DNA from: Mytilus edulis
Taxonomy: Eukaryota
DNA: 64,000 bases
Direction: 5' to 3'
Assembly: GCF_963676685.1 (NCBI RefSeq)
Contig: NC_092351.1
Coordinates: forward strand, 57,226,001-57,290,000
Position 1 is the stretch's first letter. Each line of letters opens with the position of its first letter. Shown piece by piece: positions 53,024 through 64,000 of this stretch. Made by a program: the position numbers and the translations under genes. A model generated the notes under the pieces. It searched no databases. It was not told the DNA's origin and worked only from the letters and a program-made list of their open reading frames with translations.

Positions 53024-54912
53024 TAACGTACATTAATAGGACAATTTTTTTTTTTATTGAAATGGAGTGAGAGGTCACGGATAATGAAGAAATAGTTGTT
53101 TTAGATCTTGAACTGTTCATTTTGCAGACGACATGCTGACTTCGTTTTTGATAAAATTTAGGGCACTAAAGACTTTATTTTGTAAAAAGAAATTATTTTG
53201 TTTGAAATCTCTTTTCTATAAGTCAATTTTAAATTGGAGAGGAAACTAGCATTAAACTTCTTTTTCCGATGTATTTTATGAACATGATTAGATGTTGATG
53301 TGAAAATGAAACAGAATGTTGTTGATAAATTTTTATTCTTTCATTCTTGCACATTATATAAGTAAATTTTGTCTTAATAAAGAAACAGTTATGTATAAAA
53401 CTAACACATATGTTGAAAAGTCTGATATCGTGTTTCGAATCAGTATGTATGTTTTATTCACACATTTTCCATTGGTAACTGCATTTGTATAATATATCAT
53501 TTAAGATAATATAATTTATACAATATTAAAGCTGCGAGCTAATTGTTACTGTTAATATGTGTAATGCAAGTAAGTGCTTTTGTGTTATGAATGGTTGTTA
53601 TGGTAACTATGGTAAAATACTGTGTTGAAATTGAAAAAGAATTTGTACATAGATTTATTGGCAACTGAAATCTGCTTATTTTGATACATACAAAAAACCA
53701 AGAACAAAAGATGCTGGTCAAAAGACCAAAACAAAAAAAAAATGACATTGTAAAAGGTCACACCAGGTGTCACCACTTTAAAACTTTTTTTTTTAGAATA
53801 AAAGTGGCAATTGAACTTCTGACTACAATATATCAAATGCTTTAACATAAATTTTTGTTGAAGCATATATATTACAATAATTTTTATAACTTCGTTCTCT
53901 AAATACATTTTATGTTATATAACTGAGATTTTAGGATTCAGTCCAATTATGAAAACTTTATTCTTTATTCTTTTTTTTTTACATTGTTGATGCTGTTATT
54001 CAGTGATTGACGTTTACAATTTTATCCATGTTACTGTAAGTTGTTTCATTGCTTCAATTTCAATCATACATTTCATTATCATTCAGTTATTTGTTTTAAA
54101 TCATGTGCAGGTATATATATATAGTGCTTAAGTAATCGCAGGGATCCAGTTTATCCTTAAACAAATAAGTTATATATAATCTCTATTTCAAAAATTAAGT
54201 CCACAAGGGTCGACTTTTACATATAAAATAGATACAAAACTGTTTTCTGCTCTTTGGTCTCTTTGGTCTGTCACCCCCAGTTCAAAAGAATGTTTGATAA
54301 AAACTCCAATGTCGATTAAATTCAGAGGTGGAGCTAAAGAAAGATTTTAAAGTCAAATTCAGGCATTTGAAAATGGATTAAAGTTGCACTGCCCAGCACG
54401 GTCATTAAGGTGGAATATAAGGACTGCTGAGTTTCTTTTGATTGTCCTGTTTGTAAAAATAAAAAAAATAAATTATTCCTCAACTAGCAGTGCTATAACC
54501 AAGGGATTTTTGTGAGGCATTTTTTCATTTTACCAAGAATTTCTCGAAATGCACAGATTGAATTATTCCCTTTTATTTATTCTGACTATTAACAAACCCC
54601 CATGAATAGGTTTGGCCTAGAGTATTGAAATGTTAACTGCGAAAATAACAATTGTTAGAATACACAAACAGTTTTAAAATATTCATTCTTTTTTTTCAAA
54701 AGTTTACATGTGAGAAAAGGCTTTTCTTTTTATACTTCATAAAATTCACACAGCACATTGATTTATAGACCATTTTTTTTTGTTGCTTTTAAAGTATTAC
54801 CATCAGTAGATTACAAATTATGTTTATTAAACTACAGAATGGTGTTGTTTGGTATTATTTCTGTAAGCTCTCTTATTTGTTTCCCTATGGAAATTTGTAC
54901 TCCTCATATTAA

Positions 54913-56476
54913 GGTAGCACTACAGTCAGAATTTTCTGACTTTAATCAACAGTCTTTAAAGATTAATTTCTCTAAAACTACTCGATGGATTGTTAAAATT
55001 TTTAACTCATTTTAAAGCTGAAATATAACTCTTTCTTAATCTATTTAAAAATTTATTTTTGGTTTGATTAATCTCAAAATATAGCTAATTAATTGCCAAA
55101 AAAGTGGTCTTCCAACTTGGATCAAAATGGCACATTCATGTCAAATGGCAGTAAAAATTTGTTTTCATCCCTTTAATCAACCATATAAAATCAACAAAAC
55201 CATGTCTTAGATTTTTGATATATGCCTCCAGTAAGAAGATATATCTGATTTAACTGCTGGGTTCCAAACCTCATTTCACCTTTCATCTTTGGAGACCTAT
55301 AAATTCATTTAGAAGCATATTATCTAAAAACTGGGACACGGTATTGTAGAAAACACACCCTTTAATCATTTATATCAAATTCGGGCCAAAGGGGGTACCC
55401 ATAAAGATTCTATTTTCATTTTTTCATTACAATTCTCATGAAATTTTTTTCTGAGAAATGACCTAAAAACTGAATTTCCCCCTTAACACCTCTATAAAGT
55501 CAATATAAATACACAAATTCCACTGGGAACACTCCAGGAGTGTTCTGATACCATTACTATATCATTAGAACCACACACTTTGTGTCTTTGATGCTCTAAT
55601 GCTGTAAATTTTGCATTATATGTGAACTGTCCAACACTAACTTGGCATTTGGCGGGAGTTTGACGTCACAGATTTGACCAACATCTATAAAGTAGTAATT
55701 AAATATAGACAAAGCTCCGCCTCTTTCCAGACAGTCTAAGATAAGAGAATAACATGATTGACCAGCTGTATATAAGCAATGTTTAACATCATTATTCTCT
55801 CTATATATAAGAATAATTTTCATTTGAATTTTAAAAAAGAAATAAACTTTGTCTGAAATAAGCTAGAACATTAAGAGAAGTGTGCATAAAAAACATGTTC
55901 ATAAAAAGATAAAGAATTGGACCATCCTCTTCTTGAAAATACACTTTTCCTCAGATTTTTTTTAATTTAATGGAACTGAAAAATTACTCTTAAACTAAAA
56001 ATTAGTTAAAATGCATAAAACTGTATTCAAATGAAGAAGACCCAGGGAATAAATTTACACCGGCAGTCAGAGGCTTTTAATACTTTCCCACTCTTTTCCA
56101 TGGTATTTTATTTTTATTTTTGGTAGATTTTTTCCCTTTAGATTTTTTTCTTTTTCTCTGTTCACTTTCCTGTTATATAAATTATTTTTGTTGCAAAACA
56201 ATGAGATAAGACTACAATATTTCTCTTGTGGTCAGGGATTAACAGCAGGACACTGGCATCAACAGATGATTGACATATTAGCCCCTACCAAATGCCTATA
56301 TATTTAGATTAATTACCATGTGCTTTTATTTACATAAGTCAATTATCAATTTACTCCCTGTTGCAATAAGATTATGACTTTGGGATTTTTACATACTGTG
56401 CAGAATAGTACTAACTTCAAAATTATGTGATAAAAAAAATATCTTCAAAAAATCATTGTTAGACTGTAGTGCTACC
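54913..56476. mobile_element. Non-autonomous Kolobok-like DNA transposon (1564 bp)
   Basis: Perfect 15-bp TIR GGTAGCACTACAGTC/GACTGTAGTGCTACC, TTAA on both sides, purine (GG) termini, no transposase ORF. Confidence 0.88.
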
Positions 56477-57248
56477 TTAACAAGTTTAATATTTAAAATT
56501 TACACAGCAACACATTGAAAATTAAACAAAAATACAAGACAGTAGGATATTAACTAGAAGAAAATGATATGTCCAGTAATAATTTTTTCATAAATGATAA
56601 ACATGTGACCATTTATAGAATAACTGAACCATGCATTGTTGTAAACTTGTATGTCATTTGTGAAGAGTTGATCATACCACATCTTCTTTTATACATACAT
56701 ATCTGTTTTCAAATATATGTATTTTACAGAAAGAAACCAATTTGTAAAGTTAAAATTGACCGGTCAATAGAATTTTTCAGTTCAGCAATGGAGCAGTTTG
56801 TAATTCATCAGCATTTTGTTATGTCATGTGATTGTGAAGTTTATGTTGCCGATTAAAAACTCTAAATATACATTTGTACAACTGATTTACTGTTAGAATT
56901 TGCTCAATGTTGTCTGCATTGCTGTTGGCAGGAAAGTATTGTCCAGTTATTGAGTGATTGTCCTTAGTGCAGAAGGTCATGGGTTCATTCCCAGAGCAGG
57001 TTGAACGAGATACTAATATTGATAAATTGCTGCTTGTCTGTATTATAGTTAGATTTAAGATTGGTTGGCTAGGAGATTTAATAATGTGAACAGTAGGATA
57101 AAATGTCATCTTGCAGACATACAAATCTGATTCAGTGTATTGGACTAGTACACAGCAGGTGTATATTTCAAGTATTCATTACAATATCTAATGAAATGTT
57201 GATAGTATTTTAATATATTATTTGGCTTTTTGAACTATTTTGATCTGA

Positions 57249-57292
57249 GCGTCACTGATGAGTCTTATGTAGACGAAACACGCGTCTGGCGT
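57249..57292 (+). ncRNA. Type I hammerhead ribozyme, solitary copy (intact core)
   Basis: GCGUCA-CUGAUGA-GUC-UUAUGUA-GAC-GAAA-CACGCG-UC|UGGCGU within a retrozyme fragment at ~57222-57325. Confidence 0.85.
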
Positions 57293-59334
57293 ATAAAATT
57301 ATAATCCTGGTACTTTTGATAACTGTTAATATTAAATATACTGTAAATTCAGAAATTGTGGGAAAATTTTTTTGATTGTGAAAATTGTTAGGGTACAGTG
57401 TTCTCCCCAGGACCTTTAAGCATCATGGTAGGGAATAACAATAATGAATATGGCATTTGTGTCCATTGATCAACAATCCAAACAAAAAAAGCAAGCAAAA
57501 TTTCTTAATATACATTTTCCTGTAGCAGATTTTGATATTTTCCAGTTATGACCTCTAGCCTGTGGAATGTGTGAACAAGTTCATTAATGTTGTGTTCATC
57601 TATTGATTAGATTGGTTGATTGATTGTTTTTTGCTTGCTTAATGTACAGTGGGAAGTATTTCATGCATGTTCAGGATGAAAACAAATTAAAGATTAATTC
57701 ATTAATTTTATCAAGTTAGGCCAACAAGAATGAAAAGGTGGAAAATTATGACTGCCATTTGAAATGAGGGTATGTTGGATGTGGGTTATAAATTCAAGCT
57801 TGCAACAGGCTACATATAGACTACCCAAAGAGATGATGAAAGAGCCTTATAAACTGGCAGAGAACATGAGAATCTCTACAGGAGGCATCAGATTTAACAT
57901 CCATAATAGAATAAACGGAGTAATTATACATTCTTTAGTTTTAGTGTATGGAATGATTAAAAGGTGTACATGCTTGACTGGCAGATTTCATCTGATCTTG
58001 ACCTCATTATTATGGTACGTTGGTCAAAGGTAAGATTTTATAATTTTGTCCGTTTATTAGATACTATAAAGCTTGGGGTAAATTTTGTATGGAATGAATG
58101 CATGATGTACATGTCTTGTCATTCAGGGTTCATCTAACCGTTACATCATTTTCATGGTTCAATAGTCAATATTAACTATTTGTGTTTTGATTGTAAGGTA
58201 TACATTCTGGTCTAGCTGTTATCTTCTGACCTTGACATTTTTTTGAGGTTCATTGGTCAATGTTGAGTTTTTGTGTTTTTGTCTATTTCAAATACTATGA
58301 GCGATATGTTAACAACATAAGGTGTAAAGATAATTGTAAGGTGTATATAACCATTGTAATGGATCTTTGAAAAGGTTTAGTTTAAGAGATACTTGTAGGA
58401 AAACCTTCATGTCTAAGTCTTTCAACATAAAATCAAGTCAGTAGAGCAGTAGAAACATGTTATTTGGTAAGATGTGTTATAAAATCCATTAACTTGACCA
58501 AATTTTCATTTTGAGATTTATAGTTTCCGTCCATTTGTCGGTGTTGTCAAATATATCGAAATCATCGAAATCATCTAAATATCGGTGTAGAACTTATTTG
58601 ATGGACTTTTGATACTCTGGTTGGTTTATTACTTGGTAAGGGTGAGTGTTGGCGCCTGTTAAAACGTTTCAACCTGCTGCATTTGTATACACCTTCCTCA
58701 AGTCAGAAGCCTGTTGTTCAGTGGTTGTCGTTTGTTGGTATTGTTCATAGTAGTTTTTGCTTCTCGTTTTTAATTTATGTTATATAAATTCGTTGGTTTC
58801 CTGGATATGAATTTTTTTACACAAGTCATTTGGGCTCTTTATAGCTTGCTGTACGGTGCAAGCCGAGGCTCCATGTTAAAGGCTGTACTTTGACTTATAG
58901 TTGTTTACTTTTCATACATTGTGACTTTGATGATTGATCACCCATTGGCACTCATATACCCATCTTATTTTATGTATATTGCGTTTGGTTTGGTATATTT
59001 GGGCTGTTATAACATCAACGTTAAAAACACAAGGGTTGAATTGGGCATTGAAATATGAGCATGTAATAAGTTTCGTCAGTTCAAACCTTGTCTGAGTGGG
59101 ACGTCCACTTGACTGTTTGATATGTATAAGATCGCAGCAATGCCCGAAGATAATGTGGACGAAGAATTCAATGTCTCTTGTAGACAAAGATCCAAACAAT
59201 CTGCACATAAAGAACTTCAGTAACAACTTTGAGCGATCAAAAGGGGCCTGTTGCAAGGTTAAAATATTTTCTTGTCAAATAATTTCTCTCTGGCATTCTG
59301 ATTTTTGGCTCTGCATTCTCGGTTGACCTGTTTT

Positions 59335-59775
59335 AGGCTCTTAAAGCAAAAGTTCCAAATGGTGAAGTTGAAATCATCCCTTCTTAAATTTTATGGACGC
59401 CATCACGCGTTGGATGACTGTTATGGAATAACCGTTTCACAGATGATATCGGATGTTTCTTATGTCGTAACCACAACCCCCTCCCCTTTTCACGAATGTG
59501 ACCTACCGAATAAGACAATTTGCCGGATTTGTAATAACACGAGCAACACAACGGGTGCCACATGTGGAGCAGGATCTGCTTACCATTCCGGAACACCTGA
59601 GATCACCCCCAGGTTTTGGTCGGGTTCGTGTTACTTAGTCTTTAGTTTTCTATGTTTTGTCTTGTGTACTATTATTTGTCTGTTTGTGTTTTTCTTTTTT
59701 GACCATGGCGTTGTCAGTCTATATTCGATCTATGAGTTTGACTGCACCCCTTATATCTTTCGCCCCTCTTTTAAA
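59335..59775 (+). mobile_element. 3' fragment of an RT-encoding retroelement (probably Penelope-like)
   Basis: LLKQKFQMVKLKSSLLKFYGRHH..YGITVSQM resembles the C-terminal end of an RT family common in bivalves (recalled, not searched), followed by a non-coding tail. Confidence 0.55.
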
Positions 59776-60636
59776 GGACCTACCTATTGTAATCATTGTT
59801 AATTTGTTGTCGTTCTGAACGAATAAAATATATGCAAATGAACGTTTTAAGCGAATATTAATCAATCAACACTCATGGTTATTTATTTCAAAAGTATTTA
59901 CACCAATTGATAAGTTTTCTTATGTTTCATATCCGTTTTCATGAGCATTTTGTAACATGGTATGTATTGCAAACAGTTGACGTATGTACGTATGTTTCCT
60001 TATACAATCGTTGATGACATATGTAATTAATATGATAATTTGATATGGTTCGCATAACCGAATCACATGAGTAGAATCGTAGAGTTCAAAGAGAAATAAA
60101 TAACAAGCATGGGTTTGAAATGATATATAAACTTTGGAATTTTATTCAGTTTGTTAGGCAAAAAATATAATCGCAAAAATCCGAGAAAAGTTAAAAAAGG
60201 AAAGTCCCTATTGAAATGGCAAAACCAAAAGCTCAGACACATCAAACGAATGGATAACAACTGTCATATTAGTTCAGTTTACACGCCAATACCCTCTAGA
60301 AAACAGCGTGTTTAATCTTTAGGCTATATTATTATTAATATTAAACGTAAACTTTGTGTGCCAAAAAATTAGGTGTTGTCAGTTTATTGCTCTGAGCATA
60401 TACAAATCGAACTCAGACAAACAATGCCTTTAGTTCAAAACTCAGTAAGCGGTGAAGTAATTTTAGCCTCATTTTGGATTAATTATTTTCACAGTTTCGA
60501 AATGTGTATTTCAAATGAATCTTTGACTAAAATCCTCATTTCATGTAAGTGAAATCTATATCCACCACTCAGTTGATTAAAATAATAGACTAAAACAGTA
60601 TCTTTATTTGCTAAACATTTATTATTAGAAGCATTT

Positions 60637-60851
60637 CTATATTCTTCTTATCATCATGATAGATGTTTTGGCAACATGGTTAGCGAAAAAGTGCCAATAT
60701 AGGTTGGAACTGAACTTTTTGTTGAGTGCACTCCAAGTGCAATTTCCATACCACCAAGGCCCACCTCCCTTGGCACAGTCACCACTGCTCTGATCATTGT
60801 CTTGGTCAATGGTGGAAAACAGCAGTCCATTTTGAGACGTCATCGAATCAC
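60637..60851 (-). CDS. Fibrinogen-related protein (FReD), terminal exon
   Basis: (G)DSMTSQNGLLFSTIDQDNDQSSGDCAKGGGPWWYGNC...SIMMIRRI*, with FSTxDxDND, WWY..C and MMIR motifs; TAG acceptor, phase 1. Confidence 0.93.
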
Positions 60852-60867
60852 CTAGAGAATGTATTAA

Positions 60868-61255
60868 GGATGTACTTAGGTGAGGTTAGGTAAAATTTAA
60901 TAGATCAAGAATTTAAAATTGATACTATAAGCTGGTAGAGCATTCTTAAAGGATATAAATAAGCTAAAATTATTAATAGGTCATGGACCTCCTTTCTGAG
61001 ATATTTGAGATTTAAAATATGGCTGACTCTGACTTTTACCTTATGTTTGCATTGGTATTATTTTGGTCCCAAAACAAAAGAAAGAAAATCAGAATCTTCT
61101 AAAATTTTGGTAAATGACCTTTTATGAGCTATTTAGTGTTATGTGAAAAAAAAATGTGTGTTATGGGGCAAACTATTTTACCTTGTTTTGTATGGAAAAA
61201 CACCAAGGAGTCCAATAATTTGACACAAATTCCAAAACCGCACCTAAATACATCC
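60868..61255. mobile_element. Kolobok-like MITE
   Basis: TTAA|GGATGTACTTAGGTGAGGTT...AACCGCACCTAAATACATCC|TTAA. Confidence 0.85.
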
Positions 61256-62125
61256 TTAATAGTATTATAAATATGTGTTCTAGTTGTAGAGAAAGACTTG
61301 GGTTATTCTATGAGCTACACTCATAAAAAAGAGGGTCTGAGGAATGTCTTCATTTCTGTTTTCTGAATTTATTCCGAAGATCATTTTTATTATTCTTTAT
61401 ATTAGAGAACACCATTATTCTATATACTTTTTTACGTGTTCGTGTTCGTTTTTCGTTTTTCTCTATTGTTTATATTTTGTTCGTATTTTATTTCTGTAAA
61501 CCACATCATAACCCTTCTATCTTATCAGTTGTGCTGTTATCTTGGATAAAAAAAAAGCGATATTTAAAAAACTAAATTTTCAGAAATTCAGGATAAAAAG
61601 GGAAATAACTAGTAGACAAAAATGATTGTTACTAAAATTTCGAATTTTGTACGATCGAGTTGTGTACCATTCTAGGTTTATATCAATTCCACCGGATAAG
61701 CAAATATAGTGCTATAAAACAAACCCAAACTATAGAACAATAGAAAAGATGATTATATATTCCGTTTTAGTAAAACAATTTTACAAATTTGCATAAAATG
61801 ACGTTTAGAAACTGCGATGTTTGCCGTTTTTCTTCCGGTACCATTTGAATACAATTACAAGAATATCTCGTGATGCATCATTCAAACTATATATTAAGAT
61901 AAAATGTTTATTTTCAGTTGTGATATTCACTCGAAATATCATAAATATATCCGCCCTTAAAATTGTTTTCTCGTTTATATGATGAATTGATCGAAATATC
62001 ACGTTTTCTTGTAATTCCAGCCTTTTAATAATGAATTCCTGAAAGGTCCAGGGCTGATATTTATAAATTGTCATAAAACTATGCATATCAGCCCTGTTTA
62101 AACATTCGAAAAATAATTTGATTAC

Positions 62126-62290
62126 CTGCATTTCCTCTATAACTCCCAATGTTTAGTTTGTATTTTGATGCTGCATCTCCAATGCTGAATTGTTTGTACA
62201 CAGCGTATCTCTTCTTATTTTTGTTGTCTGTCAAATCTATCCTTAGTTCATATTTCTCATTAGATGTCAAATGATGGATATGCTTGTTTC
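62126..62290 (-). CDS. Fibrinogen-related protein, penultimate exon
   Basis: (G)NKHIHHLTSNEKYELRIDLTD...AVYKQFSIGDAASKYKLNIGSYRGNA(G); AG/GT boundaries, 165 nt, phase 1-1. Confidence 0.93.
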
Positions 62291-63361
62291 CTTTACAATA
62301 GAATAATAATAATGAAAACGAAAAGGAGATATATTTTTATTTGCATGAAAAAAAAACTCTACAACAGAATACAACCAAAATATCAGTATATTCCAGTGGG
62401 AAATTCATAGCAATTAACAAAAGTTTGCAAAGCATGGACAAAATGCAAAATAAACTTATACCAAAAAAAATAAAAAAAAGGAATTTAACAGACTAACTTT
62501 GGAATAATAAAAATATAAAAATACAGTCTTTGAATTATTCTTTGGACCAAGTTTTCGAATATTTGTTTTATCAAATAAAGGGTCAAAAGATATGTATGAT
62601 GTTTTATTAGAAAAAAAATGTAACACAGTGGAGATAAATGGTGTCTTGATTAAAAAGGAGAATAGGATTAGAAAAAAGTGCATAATATGTCTTTCTACAC
62701 CACAAAAAACTCTATTATATAGATATTCATTTTTTTTCGCAAATCTAGGAAACAAAAGAAAAAAAAGGATAACAAAAACTTAATAATACTCCTTAAAAAA
62801 TTATATTTATAGAACAAATCTCTGAGAAAATAAGTTAAATTTTACAGGACTAAAACATTACATCAAAGAATCTCTACCACTAGAAAAGAATATATTTTTT
62901 GAAAGTAACCCTTTTCATATGGCCAGTTTCTACTCTGAAGCCTAGATTCCAATATTAGAAGACTAGGTTTTTTTTTTATCAAAAAATAAAAGGTACTTTG
63001 TTTACTTGATTTACTTTCACTTACATGTTTTTACTTTATCCACATCGCCATCTATTTTAGGATTTAAAACTGTTATATTATAGTAAATATGCATGTTTGA
63101 TGTTTGTCTATGTTTATAACTACATTTATATTCATCTTAGTTAATGTCTTTACGACAATAATTAAAAATTCCTTTGAGGGCGGTATTGTGAATGCTGTAT
63201 GTAAGACATATTTTTGTTTATTGTTTTTTTTTTGTTTTTTTGTTGTTTTGTTTTTTGTTTTTCAAAAATTAAAAATTCCTTTGATTTTTATTTATTTCTT
63301 TTCTTTTCTTTTTCCAATAATATATGGATTATTCTATATTGACAATGTAATATATGAATAT

Positions 63362-63362
<1 letters not shown>

Positions 63363-63441
<79 letters not shown>

Positions 63442-63478
63442 CTTAACCAATCGATCGATTAATCAATCAATCAATCAA
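63363..63478. repeat. (TCAA)n microsatellite
   Basis: Tetranucleotide run with a short interruption. Confidence 0.95.
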
Positions 63479-63644
63479 TTGTCAATTTTTATAAATACAT
63501 ATTTTTTTTTTTCCATAAATGTTCGACATATGATTAAAGGATAATTTAAAATTGAATCCTGAGACCGTGTTTTGATATTTTAAATTGATTCTGCGCTTTA
63601 GCCGACCGGAAAGGTATTAGCACAAAGTCGATAAAATGACTTAC

Positions 63645-63741
63645 CTAGCCAGTATTCACCTTCAACATTCCCAAACCCTTTTTCGTATTCTGCCCACTTT
63701 CGTTGGAAATCCACAGTACCATCATAGTGTCTTTGGATTAT
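63645..63741 (-). CDS. Fibrinogen-related protein, internal exon
   Basis: [32 protein letters not shown](G); 97 nt, phase 0-1, G|GTAAGT donor. Upstream exons lie beyond the window. Confidence 0.95.
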
Positions 63742-63860
63742 CTAAAGAATAGGAAATTTCAATACGATATCCGAAGACCTTTTCCTTTTTTAATAAATAT
63801 TATTAATATAGCGTAAAATAATATTTCGAAAATAAAAACTGATTCTTTAAAAGGTGTGAA

Positions 63861-64000
63861 TAAACTCATCATAGATACCAGGATTAAAATTGTATGTATA
63901 CGCCAGACACACGTTTCGTCTAAAAAGACTCATAAGTGACGCTCGAATCAAAAATGTTTAAAAGGCCAAATAAAGTACGACGTTGAGAGAGCATTGAGGA
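63861..64000 (-). mobile_element. Retrozyme unit (runs off the window) with a core-mutated hammerhead at 63900-63942
   Basis: Same family as 1616-2312; minus strand reads GCGUCA-CUUAUGA-GUC...GAC-GAAA-CGUGUG-UC-UGGCGU (G5 replaced). Confidence 0.85.

Noticed and set aside
52825-53120. Minus-strand ORFs
   Set aside because: Antisense shadows of the Hsp110-like terminal exon.
59305-59802. 165-aa ORF as a host gene
   Set aside because: Only the first ~40 aa resemble a retroelement RT end; the rest is repeat tail.
63104-63544. 146-aa ORF
   Set aside because: T-rich low complexity plus a (TCAA)n microsatellite, antisense within the FReD intron.

Overview
AT-rich, repeat-dense eukaryotic genomic DNA with spliced genes, most likely from a mussel/bivalve (inferred from the repeat families, not verified), with one 141-N gap (41415-41555). 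(1) A plus-strand spliced gene model that the ORF track mostly misses. An unrecognised helical first exon (5459-5801) and a 47-nt exon are followed by tandemly duplicated ~90-nt phase-0 coiled-coil exons, then ONLY the last five exons of an Hsp110/HSPA4-type chaperone ([10 protein letters not shown], TEDWLxEEG, ending EMDID*). No ATPase or beta-sandwich exons are visible. All phases join into one ~488-aa frame, so this looks like a chimeric 'lid-only' Hsp110. (2) Several type I hammerhead-ribozyme retrozyme copies: a 365-bp tandem array predicted to excise a circularisable monomer, and one hammerhead split in loop II by an inverted retrozyme. (3) A full-length but decayed L1/Tx1 LINE with an 18-bp TSD, an extra inter-ORF frame and a possible 3' transduction. 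(4) The last three exons of a minus-strand fibrinogen-related gene. (5) Helitron, HINE-like, Kolobok-like, TA-MITE and satellite-bearing inverted-repeat elements. All calls were read by eye; no searches were run.
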